The notes beneath the pieces were generated by a model. It ran no database searches, was not told where the DNA came from, and worked only from the letters and a program-made list of their open reading frames with translations. Positions 37,644-51,684 of a DNA stretch of 64,000 nucleotides are shown here, piece by piece; the stretch's first letter is position 1; every line of letters begins with the position of its first letter. The translations under genes were made by a program, and so were the position numbers. Source of the DNA: Octopus vulgaris (taxonomy: Eukaryota); NCBI GenBank assembly GCA_951406725.2, contig OX597820.1:42594001-42658000 (forward strand). The letters are read 5' to 3'.

Positions 37644-40090
37644 TATAGGTAAAGTGTGACCTGCAATATATTCCGAATAGCAAGCCTCGTCGACAAATTA
37701 CCGATGAATATTTTTAGTTGTGCAACTAAATTAGAAGAGCCTTATCTTAATCAGCTCTCTTTTCGAAAAAGCTTGTTTCTATATGGTATAAACATCCCAA
37801 TGAGAAGAGTATAATTTGCAAGAATGCTATATGCACTAATTAGTTGGGGAATTGGCTGGAATAGGAGACTGTCAGTAAAACTGCCCTTCTACATTGAGTT
37901 TTGTGTGTTTGTTATGACTCAGAAACTGTAGCACGATCTTACCTGTCACTCTCTCATGTTTTATCAAATTAATATCTGTAATATAATCTAAGATGTATCA
38001 ATGAACTACATTCCAGCAACCGTATCTAAAACCCCTGACTGCTGTCTAAAAGAAATCAATGTATGATATATTTGGTTGAATTTTACTGGAAATTCGTTCT
38101 TTTGTTTCCAACACAAAAGTTACACTCAGCGTTTTTTTTTTTTTCTTTTTCTGGGATAAGTCCAAGATCAGGGAAAGATAGTTCAAAAACAGATATATAA
38201 GAATGCTTACATCTGATATAAACATGCAGAGAAGACGAGACATTGATATACTTCATCTCTTTCTTTCCAGCTTTAACTTTTTTCACCTCCTCTGACATTC
38301 TGTCATACTCTCCTTTGTTTCATTCAGTCAGTTTTAGCCTTCATTCTTTCTATTTTCCTTCCATCTATTCAATCGTCTTTTCCATTCTTTTATTGTGTGA
38401 TTCATTTATTTTTTCTTTATTTTTCAAATTCTTTTCACCTATTTTCTTCCAATCAGTATTTCGTTTACTTTATTTCTTATGCTTATTTTAATTTATTTCC
38501 TTTTTTTACACCATTTTACTATTTGTATTTTCTTCTGTCTTTTATTAATTCTAATATTCCTTCATTTATTGAACTTTATCTTTTACTCTCCTATTCCTCT
38601 TTGCTTCCCGCTCTTGTACTTTTCAATTCCTATTATTCAATATTTCCGATTTTCACTCTTTCCTACATTTTTTCTGTTGTCTTTTTGTTCGACTATATTT
38701 TTTAAAACACCACGAATTTCTCTTGTTTATATGCTTTTCTCCGTCCTTTTCATCTCATTGCTCTCTTTCATTTATTATCGATTTCATATTATTTGAAGAT
38801 TTTTTCCTTTTTTTTTTGTATTTTAAAAAATTTTTTCATTTTTCTTCATTCTTCATTCTGTTTCACACTGTTCAACCAACATGCAGAAGGCCAAATATAT
38901 TGTGTGTCACTCAGTCAACTGAAGGCCTCAGTACACCACCACGAGTAATTCTCTGCGTTCATAGGCAAGAATATTATCTTCGTAAACAACTTATTCCAAA
39001 CCAGCACCAATAAAGAAGTATAAATTTAGAGTGATTTATAACTTTGATAAGGAATTTTAATTTCAATGATCATTTAGATATCAATAATAAAGTTCAACCT
39101 ATTGCTGAAAAATTCAACACAGCTGGCTTACTTTATCATTAAGAACTTGAACAGTATCTTCCTCTAAATATGCCCATTGAAAATACCCTGCTATGCCTAG
39201 CATATCCAGTAACTACTTCATGACTTCTTACATTTAGTCTTTGAAGGCTTCCAACTAAAAGAGACGTCACAGGATTTTCCTCCACGGACCACTTGTACGC
39301 ATTTTCATGTGATTTTGCTTGGGTTGAGCAAGACAATTTATATCACATAGCTCCAATTCGCTCAGCTGCAAAAATGAGTCGCGACGTCACTGGTGTCAAG
39401 CTGTATCGGCTTTTGACTTTCCTTTGGAGAACATTTGTAGTGTGGAGAGGGGTAGCTGGTATGCATGGGTGACTGCTGGTCTTCCATAAGCAACTCTGCC
39501 CGGATTTGTGCTTTGGAGGGGAACTTTGTAGGTTCAATCCCAAGGTCATTCATTACCTGGGTAATCTTACAGATAAGTAGATCTCTTCTGTAAATATGTC
39601 CATTACGTAAGCATAACCTGGATACAATGGTTTAATTGGAAAACGATGAACATCACGACGCTGACGGATTTCAATAAACGAGAGAATTTAAATGGGGTCA
39701 TTGCCCCTTCCAGAAGCAGCAGTAAAATTTTTATATTAAGCTCAACCGTATTGAATAGAGAGTGAGACATTTGAGAATCCAGTCATAGATATGTAGCTCC
39801 AAAAAAACTTAAGGATGAGGCCTGATCACTGCAATGCGAGACTTTGACTACAGGCACGCATTACTCGATCGAAAAGTGGCCACAACAACTCATGCACCAC
39901 CACCAACTTTGACAACAACAACCACAACAACACCAAAAACACCAAGGATACTGATACATAGTTAAATGTAATTGTTTTCCCTCTATTAATGTTAATGTGA
40001 TAGAATCAAATTTCTTTATTCCCCTAATTCAGGTTAGCATCTCGACGATGCTTATCGGCAGTAGAACTTTGAAGTCACTATAAATGTCCC

Positions 40091-40189
<99 letters not shown>

Positions 40190-40228
40190 TGTGTGTGTGT
40201 ACATATATATACATATATATATATATAT

Positions 40229-40404
40229 AAGCAGCTCAACAAACTCCCTTGCAGTGTTAATGTAGAAAAACTTCATAAAATAGTGTTGCTAGGTTCCGCA
40301 CACATTGTACGCCGTGTACACTCCATGAGATGAGAACCTGCTGTGACCTTAGGGTCAAGGAATGACCCCAGTTTAGCAAAAGACATCGGACCATCTTTTA
40401 TACA

Positions 40405-40405
<1 letters not shown>
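40229..40405 (+). mobile_element. Extreme 3' end of an RLE LINE, followed by (AAT)n
   Basis: EKLHKIVLLGSAHIVRRVHSMR* matches the RLE C-terminal motif; a short UTR and then (AAT)n at 40405-40468. Confidence 0.7.
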
Positions 40406-40472
<67 letters not shown>

Positions 40473-40940
40473 CAAAAACAACAACAAGATCGAAAAATAC
40501 CTTAGGGATGAGAAGCCAGGTTCGAAAATTTCCCTAATGAAGGCTGGAGAGTATATCAACCGAAACGTTGTGTTAACAAAGATGAGGACAAATATCCGTC
40601 AAATGTAAATAATGTAACTAATGTATACATACATACATACATACATATGTGTGTCTGTGTGTGTGTGTACATCTATGTGTGTGGGTATGTCAGCGTGTGT
40701 TTACAAATGTAAGTATGTATAAAAGGCTTCGCAATGTCTCACGTTACTATTACACCTCTTCTGACTCAAGTCTCTCCGTCTGGCACAAAAAAACTCATTA
40801 GTCAATCGAAGAGTTTGCGTATGAAAATTCACTTTTAAAAAACCGAATAAGACAACCGAGGATTAATTTTTTCATTCATCTCTGTTGTAAAGAAAAAGCA
40901 GTAAGAGTCAGAAGGAAGACACGGAGAATGGGGTGCGAGG

Positions 40941-41672
40941 GAAGAAGAAGAAGAAGAAGAAGAAGAAGAAGAAGAAGAAGAAGAAGAAGAAGAAGAAGAA
41001 GAAGAAGGAGAAGAAGAAGGAGGAGGAGGAGGAGGAGGGGTAGGAAATGAAGAAGAAGGAGAAGAAGAAGAAGAAGAAGAAGAAGAAGAAGAAAGAAGAA
41101 GAAGAAGACGAAGAAGAAGAAGGAGGAAGAAGGAAGAAGAAGAAGGAAGAAAGAAGAAGGAGGAGGAGGAGAAGAATAAAGAGGTGGGTGAGGGGGAGAA
41201 GAAGAAAAAGAAAAAGTAGAAGAAGAAGAAGAAGAAGAAGGAGGAGAAGAAGAAGAACAAGAAAAAGAGTGGGCTGTTGTAGTGAAAGTAGACTGCGAAA
41301 GACAGCTGATGAAGTTAGAATAAAGAGAAAGAATGGAAATATATGTAAATAAATAACGAAAATCTGTTATGATGTCGGTTATGATGATGACAATAGCGGT
41401 TTCCCGACGAGAAAAATGATTTTGATAAACTTCATGAAGATGACGACGAGGACGACGACGACGATGATAACGAGAGCGACGATAATAGTGTTGATGATGA
41501 TGATGATGATGATGACTATGAGGCCGACGACGATGACGATGACGATGATGGTAATAATAACAATAACGCGGACGATGACGACGATGCTGATGACTATATC
41601 GATGACGGTGATAACGAGGGCGACGATAATGGTGTTGATGATGATGATGATGATGACGACTATGAGGCCGAC

Positions 41673-41710
<38 letters not shown>

Positions 41711-42482
41711 TGATGAAGATGATGATGAAGATGACGATGAAGCTGTTGATTGTGATGAAGACAACGACGATGTTGACGATGATGACTGCGAGGATGACGT
41801 TATCTATCATTAAGGCGGCGTGCTGGCAGACTCATTAGCGCGCCGGGCGAAATACTTAGCGGTATTTCGTCTGTGGTTACGGTCTGAGTTCAAATTCCGC
41901 CGAGGTCGACTTTACCTTTCATTCTTACGAGGTCGATAAATAAAGTACCAGTTTTGCACTGGGGGGTCGATGTAATCAACTTAATCCCTTTGTCTGTCCT
42001 TGTTTGTCGCCTCTATGTTTAGCCCCTTGTGGGCAATAATGAAATAGATATCTATCATGACGGTGGGGCATGGCTGATTGTGATGGATATGGCAATAGTA
42101 GCGAGGATGTTGATGATGACAAATTTGAGGTTTTCGGAATATATCACGACGTAGTTAGAGACAACAGAGCTGCTGTAAAATCTTGGCGAATTTGTTGATG
42201 ATGATGATCATGATGATGATGATCCTCATCATCTTGATTGTAGGTATGTATGCTTTGGTCAATATTCTTCAAGTAGACATATGACCAAATGAATTCCAAT
42301 TGTAAACCTTTCCCTATTTGCGTGACCCCCATAAAGAATTCTGCATTGGAAACTCGTCGTTACTCGGTGGAGTCTCCTACATGAAAATTTGTTCCGATTG
42401 GCAGCCGTGTTCATGCGTTGAGCAGGCTAAAATGTGGATCTTGATGATAACGATGGTGTTGGCGGGAATGGTATTAGCAAGA

Positions 42483-42536
<54 letters not shown>

Positions 42537-42635
42537 GTGATGATGATGGTTATGATGGTGATGGTGATGATGATGATGATGATGATGATGATGGTGGTGA
42601 TGGTGATGATGATAATGATGATAATGATGATGATG

Positions 42636-42667
<32 letters not shown>

Positions 42668-43031
42668 AGTTAACTCGGACTATTAATGGTAATGAAAGAA
42701 AGGGCGAGTAACTCTGGTATTGAACTGTGAAGATGGTACAGAAGTGATAGAAACGGCGATGTTGACGACCGGGTGATCAATGCATTTGCGGATGATCGAT
42801 GATAGTGGCGGTGATGCTGACTGTTGCGGTGATGAGAATCATGTTAGTTGCGGTGGTGGAGATGGTGATGGTGGTGGTGGTGGTGGCGGTACGGCTGATG
42901 CTCGTTGTGACGGGGCCTGGAACCGGCGGTAGTTGTGCTTGTAGTAGATGTGATAGAAAATTTAAATATGAACAAAAACGATCGAACCAAGCAACAGAAA
43001 ATCTTAGACATACTACTACTACTACTAATAT

Positions 43032-43089
<58 letters not shown>

Positions 43090-43252
43090 GCTACTACTAC
43101 TACTACTACCACCACCACCACCACCACCGCCACCACCGCCACTACCACCACTACCACGTCTACTACTAATTCTAATATTATTACTATTAATGATGATAAT
43201 ACTGATGGCGACGACGACGACGATGATGATGATGATGGTAGGGTAGTGGTAA

Positions 43253-43288
<36 letters not shown>

Positions 43289-44090
43289 TAGTAGTAGTAG
43301 TAATAGTAGTAGCAGTTGTTGTTGTTGTAGCAGTAGCAGCAGTTGTAGTGGTAATAGTGGTGGTAGTGGTGGTAGTGGCGGAGGTAGTGATGGTAGTGGT
43401 GATGATGGTGGTGGTGGTGATGGTCGTGGTGTTGGTAACAAATAACAACGGCAACCATATCAAAAATAACATTATTATCATTATTACTGCAACTAATAAT
43501 AATGACAATTATGTTAATACTATAATAATGTTAATAATAATGATAATAATGTTAATAATATTAATGCTAATAAAGAATATATAAATAAAATAGTAAATAC
43601 ACAATGCAAGAAAATTTCAAATCAAAACGGCTTTAGGCAAAAATTGTATTCAAAGACTACGCAATAATAGATTTTGTCAAAATTATGTGAAATTAACGCG
43701 TAGTGTGTCAGAAGAGGAAACGTATACGGAAAATGAAGGTGGTGGGGAAGGAGACAGAGTGGTATGGCATGGGGGTGGTTCAGCGATATTGGGACGGCGC
43801 AGGGTGGTCTTCGAGTGAGAGGTTGCAGTTGATTTCTGAATGAGACAAGTGGGGTGGAAATGATGAATATGAAGATAGAGACGATGGTCGTTGAGTGGGA
43901 AATGGAAGTGATGATAAGGGGTTACGGTGGTAGTAGTAAACGGTGGTGGTGGTGGTGGTGATGGTGGTGGTAGTAGTGGTGATGATGGTCGTGGCGGTGC
44001 CGGTGGATCTGGTGGTGGTGATGGTGGTGGTTTTGAAGTTGGTGTCGGTATGGTTAAGTGTAGGGGATATGTTTGCCGTGGTCGTCTTGC

Positions 44091-44158
<68 letters not shown>

Positions 44159-44412
44159 CAATAATAATAACGATAGCAATAATAATACAATCCTTAATAA
44201 TGATGATAACAATAATAAGAAAATTAAAGATAATGCTAATGACGATCACAATAACAATAATAATGAAACTAATGAAGATGATATTGATGACGATGTTGAT
44301 GATGATGACGGTTATTATTATTATTATTATTGTTCTTGCTGTTTTATTATCATAGTAGTAATTGCAGAGAGAGCAGCAGCAGTAGCAGTATTATTATTAT
44401 TATTATTATTAT

Positions 44413-44477
<65 letters not shown>

Positions 44478-45125
44478 CGAAGGAAGTACTGAGGGTAGGG
44501 TGAACGGCGGGTGACTTGAAGGATTTTACGACGGAAAGCAGCGAAGAATGAATGAATTTATAATGGCTGATTGAATAAATGATGGAAGTGTGAATGGTGG
44601 AGGTGGGGGGTGAAACTAAATGACTTACAAAAAATGGAAGTAGAAGAAGAAGAAGAAGAAGAAGAAGAAGAAGAAGAAGAAGAAAAAGAAGAAGACATTG
44701 AAGAAAAAGAAAAAGAAGAAGAAGAAGAAGAAGACATTGAAGAAGAAGAAGAAGAAGAAGAAGAAGGAGGAGGAGGAGAAGGAGGAGAAGGAGGAGGAGG
44801 AGAAGAAGATGACATTGAAGAAGAGGAAGTAGAAGAAGAAGAAGAAGAGGCAGAAGAAGAGGTAGAAGAAGAGGTAGAAGAAGAAGAAGTAGAAGAAGAA
44901 ATAGAAGAAGAATATAATGGTGATGATGATGATGATGATGGCGACGACCGACGATGATGGTGAGGAAGAGGAGGTGGTGGTGGTGGTGGTGGTGGTGGAG
45001 AGGAGGAAGGGGATGAAGGAAAAGATGTTGACGATAATGACGATATAATATATGATAACGACCATGATGATGATGATGATGACGACGACGACGACGATGA
45101 TGATGATAGTGATTGATGATGATGA
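40941..45125. repeat. ~4-kb block of successive trinucleotide tracts (GAA, GAT/GAC, ACT, GTA/GTG, AAT)
   Basis: Directly visible; source of many homopolymeric ORFs. Confidence 0.9.
41813..42048 (+). mobile_element. Full-length tRNA-derived SINE with TSD
   Basis: Head, B-box and core, with tail ...agccccttgtgggcaataatgaaat; TSD tatctatcat(t/g)a at 41801-41812 and 42049-42060. Confidence 0.92.
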
Positions 45126-45688
45126 AGAGCTTGAAGAAATTGAGAGTATTTCAAATAGAGAGAAAAAGAGACAGACACTGTCTTGTAGAAGATATTGCGA
45201 AAAGAAACGAGACAAATAAGTTTGATAAGAAGAGTGAAAAATTTAGAAAACTGAATGAAATTCGAATGAATAAGTCAGTGAATGACAACGGGTTAAAAAA
45301 AAACAACAAAACTATTTCAAGATGATTGATAAGTGACAAATAGGGGTGGGAACAATGAACCTTCGAATAATCGATGAAATACAAAGATATGTATACATAT
45401 ATGTGTATATGTGTATATGTGCGTGTATGTGTGTGTATGTATGTATGTACGTATGTGTGCGTACGTAGGTGTGTGTATATGTGAGTGTAAATAGCTGTGT
45501 GCTGTTGTATAATGTACGTGTTTCTAAACAGAAAGGTGTATAAATGTTGTTATATAATAGTGAATAATCAAGAGATTGAGAGAGAGAGAGAGCAAGAGGA
45601 GCGATGTATAGCTGTGCTCCAGCATGGCCACTGGCGTTGGGCAGGAACAAGTAAAGCAAAACGATGAATGCATATACGCGTATATGTG

Positions 45689-45721
<33 letters not shown>

Positions 45722-45726
<5 letters not shown>

Positions 45727-45928
45727 GGGAACTGAGAAGTTCCTGGCTTCAAGATTATCGGGAAAGGCCTGGATGGAGACCTAGCCGTCCGAGATATTTT
45801 ACTGGGTTTAGAAAAATGAAGGACCGCTGCTATAATTGTGTGAATCTGAGAGGAGAATATGTTGCACAAATAACTAATAATTAACTGATCTTCCTCTGTA
45901 TGTTCTCTTACCCAAAGCCAGGAAATTT
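45722..45928 (+). mobile_element. Short mariner-derived MITE
   Basis: Inverted ends aagttcctggctt / aagccaggaaatt; internal GFRKMKDRCYNCVNLRGEYV matches a mariner transposase C-terminus. Confidence 0.65.
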
Positions 45929-46063
45929 GTATGTGTGTATATATATATATATGATCCGATTCTTGACTGAAGATTGAAGGCTTCGAATGTCCCGTCCGTG
46001 TTTTTTGTATCGTCTTCTAAATGTTTTGCTTTCTTGTCCCAGTCTGTAAATATATGTATATAT

Positions 46064-46723
46064 ATAAATTAAATTAGAGATAAAACCACTATTACGCAAA
46101 TCAAACAGTGAAAGACATAAACCCAAACATAAAAATAAATATAATTAATATAATATACAAAATAAATAAAATATAAAATTTAAAAGTTAAATTATTTAAA
46201 TTTTAAATTTTAAATTTATATTTATAAATTTTTATATTTCTATATTTTTTTAATTTTAAATTTATAAATTTTTAAACTTTTAATTTTTACATTTTTTAAT
46301 TTTTTAATTAATTAATTAATTTTTTTTTACACTATTAAAAAGTATTAAAAAGTTTAATATAATATAAGTAAAACCACTACGTACGTTTCATGGCCATGAT
46401 TCAATTCGAATTACAATTAACTTAAATTCAATAAAAAATTCGAATTATAATTACGGTCAATCTTTAGGTTAATGATAATAGTTAAATAAATAAGCAAATA
46501 GATTTAAACAATATATTTTAAGATATAAATAAAATAATATTTTTCTTGTAAAAAACTCTATTATCAAATTAGAAACTTAAACCATTAGGTTTATGTCATA
46601 CAACCCAATTATTATGTTAAATATTAATTTTTAAGGTAAAAAAATAGATAGAAAAATGTATTTATCTATTAATATATAATATGGCTTTAAAAAACATAAT
46701 AAACTCAAGAATATCTTAAACTC

Positions 46724-46725
<2 letters not shown>
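46064..46725 (-). mobile_element. Penelope-pLTR-like AT-rich element related to the 26.6-kb element, with a mutated hammerhead at 46374-46470
   Basis: Shares aatt.gaga.aaaaccactatt...caaaca..gaaagac with 26661-26705. The minus strand reads CUAAAGA-U-UGACC...GGCCA-U-GAAA-C-GUAC-GUA-GUGG. Flanked by (TA)n. Confidence 0.6.
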
Positions 46726-46790
<65 letters not shown>

Positions 46791-47315
46791 GTATGTATTT
46801 ATATATACATACATATATGTATGTATATATATGTATATATGTATGTATACGAGACAGGTACACAATATTAAAATAAGTGCCACTAATAAGTTCTTGCCAT
46901 AAAGACGTGGTAAGGATAATTTCATAACGTGCCTTTCGTCTTCACATTGTTTATTCTATTTGAAAATCAAAGCGTTATAAAAACCTTTCAAACCACGTTG
47001 TTTTAATGCCAAGAAACTCTTAGCAGCTCGCATTTAAATACAGTGTATATTAAATGATGTTTGTATCATACTAGAAGAAGTACAGTTCTTGTTAATCTTA
47101 CTTAAACGGAACTGTGAACTATATATATATATATATAAATACATGTATACATATGCACGCAGTCACAGGCAGATACATTCATATGTATGTGTATATATGT
47201 CTACCGCAGCGTAGCCTACTTCGTTCATTTTATTTCATTTATTCTGTTCTTGCCTTATTATGATGTAATCTGACTGAAATTTGTTTTGGGTAATTCTAAT
47301 AAGGTACTGTAGGAA

Positions 47316-47512
47316 GGCGAGAATGTGGAAGAATATTTAGCACGCTGGCATAATACTTAGCGGCATTTCTTCCGTCTTTATGTCCTGAGTTCAAATTGCT
47401 CCGAAGTTGTCATTGCCTTTCATCCTTTCTGGATCGATAAAAATTACCAGCTGAACAGTGGGGGCGATCTAATCGACTTTCGCCCTCCCTCGAATTTTCT
47501 GTCCTTGAAACC
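47316..47512 (+). mobile_element. tRNA-derived SINE (diverged)
   Basis: cttagcggcattt, ctgagttcaaatt and gcctttcatccttt..gatcgataaaa. Confidence 0.8.
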
Positions 47513-47729
47513 AATAATATATTGTAGGAAAATTATTAAATCAGTTCGGAATATAATCGATTGAAGTAGCTGGACGTTAGCGTATTTATTATAGTAGAAT
47601 GGTAGGTTTAACTTGTAAGATGTTGAAACAACCCGCATACAGTACGCACTCACACACACATACAAACACATACACACGCACACAATCGTCTATGTATGTT
47701 TGCAAGTATATCAGGTCACTCTTAGTGTT

Positions 47730-48560
47730 ACTTGTAACATGTGACCCAGTGCGACCTGTCGCGTGGTCGGACTGTCGGCGATTAAAGCGAAGACCCTATC
47801 AAACTCAATTGGTACGGAGGGTGGTTTTCGTTGGGGATCCAGCAGGAGGGAAAACAAAACATGTCAAAAGGTGGATGAACTCTGCTGAGTCTACTGCCAT
47901 CCAACAGTGTTGTATACTCATCGAATGTAATGGACCCGAAGCTGGTGCCAAAGCATCCTTCTATGAGAAGCTCACTCTGATGCAACATCTACGATTGTTG
48001 GTCATCTGCTTCTGTGCTGTCACTTGATAAAAACCACAGGGACTCCAGGAGTGGTACTTGTGTTCTACAAGAGTTTATTGCTACAGTCCATTGACATATA
48101 GACATCTCTCTATGGTGAAATTATTATTCCATCTACTGAAAGCGCTACGACGATGAATGAATGGTGAGATGTGCAGAACTAACCGGTAAGAATGTTCGAA
48201 ACTATCATCGTGGAGCTCCTTATTCTACAACGTGACCTAATCTGTTTCCGCCAATTTAGAATTTTGACTGATACTTATGCTTCAAACTATACAAATCTGC
48301 AGCAGAACTGAACAGATATCTAAGAATTCATGCTTGGGAGTCAGAAATGTCAGAGCAACGAGATGACAAACATCCATGGAGATGGATTAATCACCATGTA
48401 TTCATATCAGATCATTCTTATTACTCATAGTGATATATAATCCAATACAACCGGTTGCATGATCAGGCCATCAGCGATTAAGTCGGCAACGCCTGGAAAA
48501 CGCTCAAGGAGGAGGAAAACACTTCCGACTATGTTTGCATCCAATGATGTTCATTAGTTT
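47730..48560 (+). mobile_element. Decayed RTE-like LINE fragment (5' UTR plus APE remnants)
   Basis: GC-richer leader followed by GP..AKASFYEKL and SDH-like motifs; heavily disrupted. Confidence 0.4.
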
Positions 48561-48777
48561 TTCTTGGGCAAATACACCATTGAAAATGCCATGATGAAAT
48601 GAAGACATATTTTGTTGTCGGTGGCAAGATTTCCGAACAACTGCTGCGAAAGGCACGCATGTTTGCTACATCTGTAACTTAGAGTATAGGTGTCGAGATC
48701 CCTTACATCCATGTATGTATATACACATATATAGTTATAAATATGTAGATATATGTAGATATATACATACATATATA

Positions 48778-48822
<45 letters not shown>

Positions 48823-49849
48823 CTAATATTTTTATTATATATGATATAACAATCTGAAATGCAATTGTCTATGCAAATTTATATAATTAGAAAATAATAT
48901 AAATAAAGTGTTAAAATCTGAAAGTTAAGTTAACAAGCAATTATATAAAAAAGATAATGCAAATGAAGCTAAAATGATAATTCTATAATTTGGGGTTTAT
49001 TAACAGCCTTTATTGAAGAACTCAAAAGAGTTGTCTCCCCTTATTCACAACACAGGAACTGAAGAACCACAATTACTACTACTTCCTGTTTTGCCAACAT
49101 CCTTAATTAAACCAAACAACACATGCTCTTAATCCCATTGGATCCTAATACCTCAAGGTATTGGGACACAAATATATGCATTGATATATATATATATTCA
49201 TTTACCAAACACACTGAACCGTGTGTTTGGTAAGCAAGCTACTTACCACACACCCACTGAACCAAGTGGTTGGTAAGGAAACTACTTACCACACAGATAC
49301 TCTTGCGCCTACGTATGTTTATGAAATTTAATCGCCAGAATTTATGGTATAGTGCTGTGTACTTTTATTTTGTTTTTAATCTAACGTAATATCTGAGTAC
49401 TTTGACAAACTGAGTTTAACTTTCTTAATACTTTAGCCTTGCCATAAAAAAATAAACCCTCTGCGTTCCGTCCTGGGAGAGAATGCAGAAACCAGGCCCT
49501 ATGAGTTTATATAAATACCATAGTCGAAGACGTTGCTAAAATAACTAGGGCGAGGTTTACCTTCCACTGCATCAAACTCAGGAAAATGTGTTTTTATTAT
49601 TGCTTTAAGTAAAAATAAATCTTTTGAAGAAAAGATGACAGGAGCTGCGAAGTCCTTGGCTCGAAATATAAAAATATTACAATGACTTGCACAGGAAAGT
49701 TTTCCTTCAAGTGTAGAAGCCTTTGTGAAAGACTCAGCTTTAAATATACTGAGTTGTTAGTTCGACTGGTCAAGTAACTGGGACGTCTACGTCGAAATTG
49801 ACAGGCTGTTCCATTAACACACACAAACATATGCACACCCGCACACATG

Positions 49850-49998
49850 TACGTATGTATGTATGTATGTATGTATGTATGTATGTATGTATGTATGTAT
49901 GTATGTATGTATGTATGTATATATGTATGTATGTATGTATGTATGTGTATGTATGTATGTGTATGTATGTGTGTGTGTATGTCCGTGTGTGTATGTAT
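49850..49998. repeat. (TATG)n microsatellite
   Basis: Directly visible. Confidence 0.95.
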
Positions 49999-51479
49999 GC
50001 ATAAGGATTGCTTGGAGAAACAATGCATGGTATATAAATCTGCTTAAATATTGTTTCCGTAGCACAAATCCATCAGTAACACATGTTTACTATATTGATA
50101 AGATATTTTCTCATAACTTGGAATAAATTCTTTGTTGATCCTCTGTGTGTGTATGCGTGTGTGAGTGCGTATGTGTGCGTGTGCGTTCTTGCGTGTGTGT
50201 GTGTGTGCATATGTGTATGTTTGTGCGTATGGTGGAGTGGAAGTATTCTTAAGCTCTCACATATCAGAAATCATCGACATGAAGTTATGGCATAAAAAAC
50301 CTCAAGTTTGACGATGAAATTAAGCAAAACTAAATTGTTATTTTATCTAGGTCAAGCTTTTTAAATTATGTACCCGGACAAAATGGTTTGTAAGTAGTGT
50401 GTTTCTAGCTTGGCGGCTCTCAAAAACTAAACTACACTGGTTCCACTAAATTCTGGTAAGTATTTTCATAGAGTAGATTACATTTTAAATTTGTTTAAAG
50501 TGCACATGTTTGAATGTATAGTTTTTACTACGATTAAGTTAATTACACTATTAGAATTAATTTAATCTTTCATATATCTTTCAAAGAGAAATTCATGTTA
50601 CTTGAACAAAAGTATTTTGACTATGATAGAGATAAGATGCAGAAAAAAAAACTGATAAAAAATACAAAATAATCATTAAACTAGTAAATGAAATGAAATG
50701 TGCTAAAAATAAATTAAATAGATATCTAAAGAGAACGGAAAATAAATGAAATAATAAATAAATAAATGAATAAATATGGGATTGATTATCTCTTATTGTC
50801 AGACTTTTATTAGAATCTCAGCTGGAGAAGAACAAGGCTATTTTCCTCCCACAATTCCTTTCTCTTTTATGCCATGACTTCGTGACGATATTCGTTCTTC
50901 CTAAGAATTAGCCTTTTTCTTTCTTTGCAAATGGTCTGACAATATATTTAGAAGCATCTGCACGAAAAGCTCATGGTGTTCAATAGAATCTTTTTTGTGG
51001 AAAATTGCAGCAAGCCACGATATTATCTACTGGAGCTAAGAGAAGTCTGGACTCTATTATCGATAACCTCACAGCTACTAAAACTTCAGCAACAACAAAT
51101 AGTAATCTTTACAGTTATTAACAGCAACATTGCCGCGAATTCTTACAAAATACCTTGAGACTAAAACAAACGTCACAAACAGCCGCAACATAGTATGTCA
51201 CATGGCACACATTTTTGTAGGTCATAAAATGAAATTTTTCCGCTGTCGATTGAACTTCCCCAATACTTTATTGTGCACCTCGGCTACATTTCTAACTATT
51301 CAGTATATTCTAACAGAAAAAATATCGTTTGTGTACGCTTGTTTGCTTTAGTCATCAATTGCGCGCTCCTGTATCACACAAACCACAAGGAATTAGGAGA
51401 AATATTTTATGAATAGTTGCTAAATAAAATGAACGCCCTGTTTCTAATTAATTTATGAAATTAGTTGTTGTGTCATATG

Positions 51480-51600
51480 ACTGAGAGTTGGTGACATTTC
51501 TCTCATAATCATAAGGCTATGACTTCAATTTGAGGGCCGTGTGGCGAGTTGTGTTCTTGAGCTAAACACTTCATTTCATATTGCACCAGTCTACTAACAA
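51480..51600 (+). mobile_element. Old SINE of a second family (central tgtg.tcttgagc.aaacactt motif); related copy at ~54000-54075
   Basis: Shared ttgtg.tcttgagc.aaacacttcat.tca at both sites. Confidence 0.5.
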
Positions 51601-51615
51601 CTGGCTACTGGTGCA

Positions 51616-51684
<69 letters not shown>

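Noticed and set aside
38240-38860. Hydrophobic Phe/Leu/Ser-rich ORFs resembling membrane proteins (also 55819-56295)
   Set aside because: Pyrimidine-rich low-complexity DNA gives such ORFs in all frames.
39139-39560. Complex, GC-richer segment with short ORFs
   Set aside because: No recognisable protein motif; probably an interspersed repeat, but it cannot be classified from this window alone.
44610-44957. Poly-Glu ORF resembling an acidic protein
   Set aside because: It is an imperfect (GAA)n tract within a larger triplet mosaic, with no supporting splice or domain evidence.
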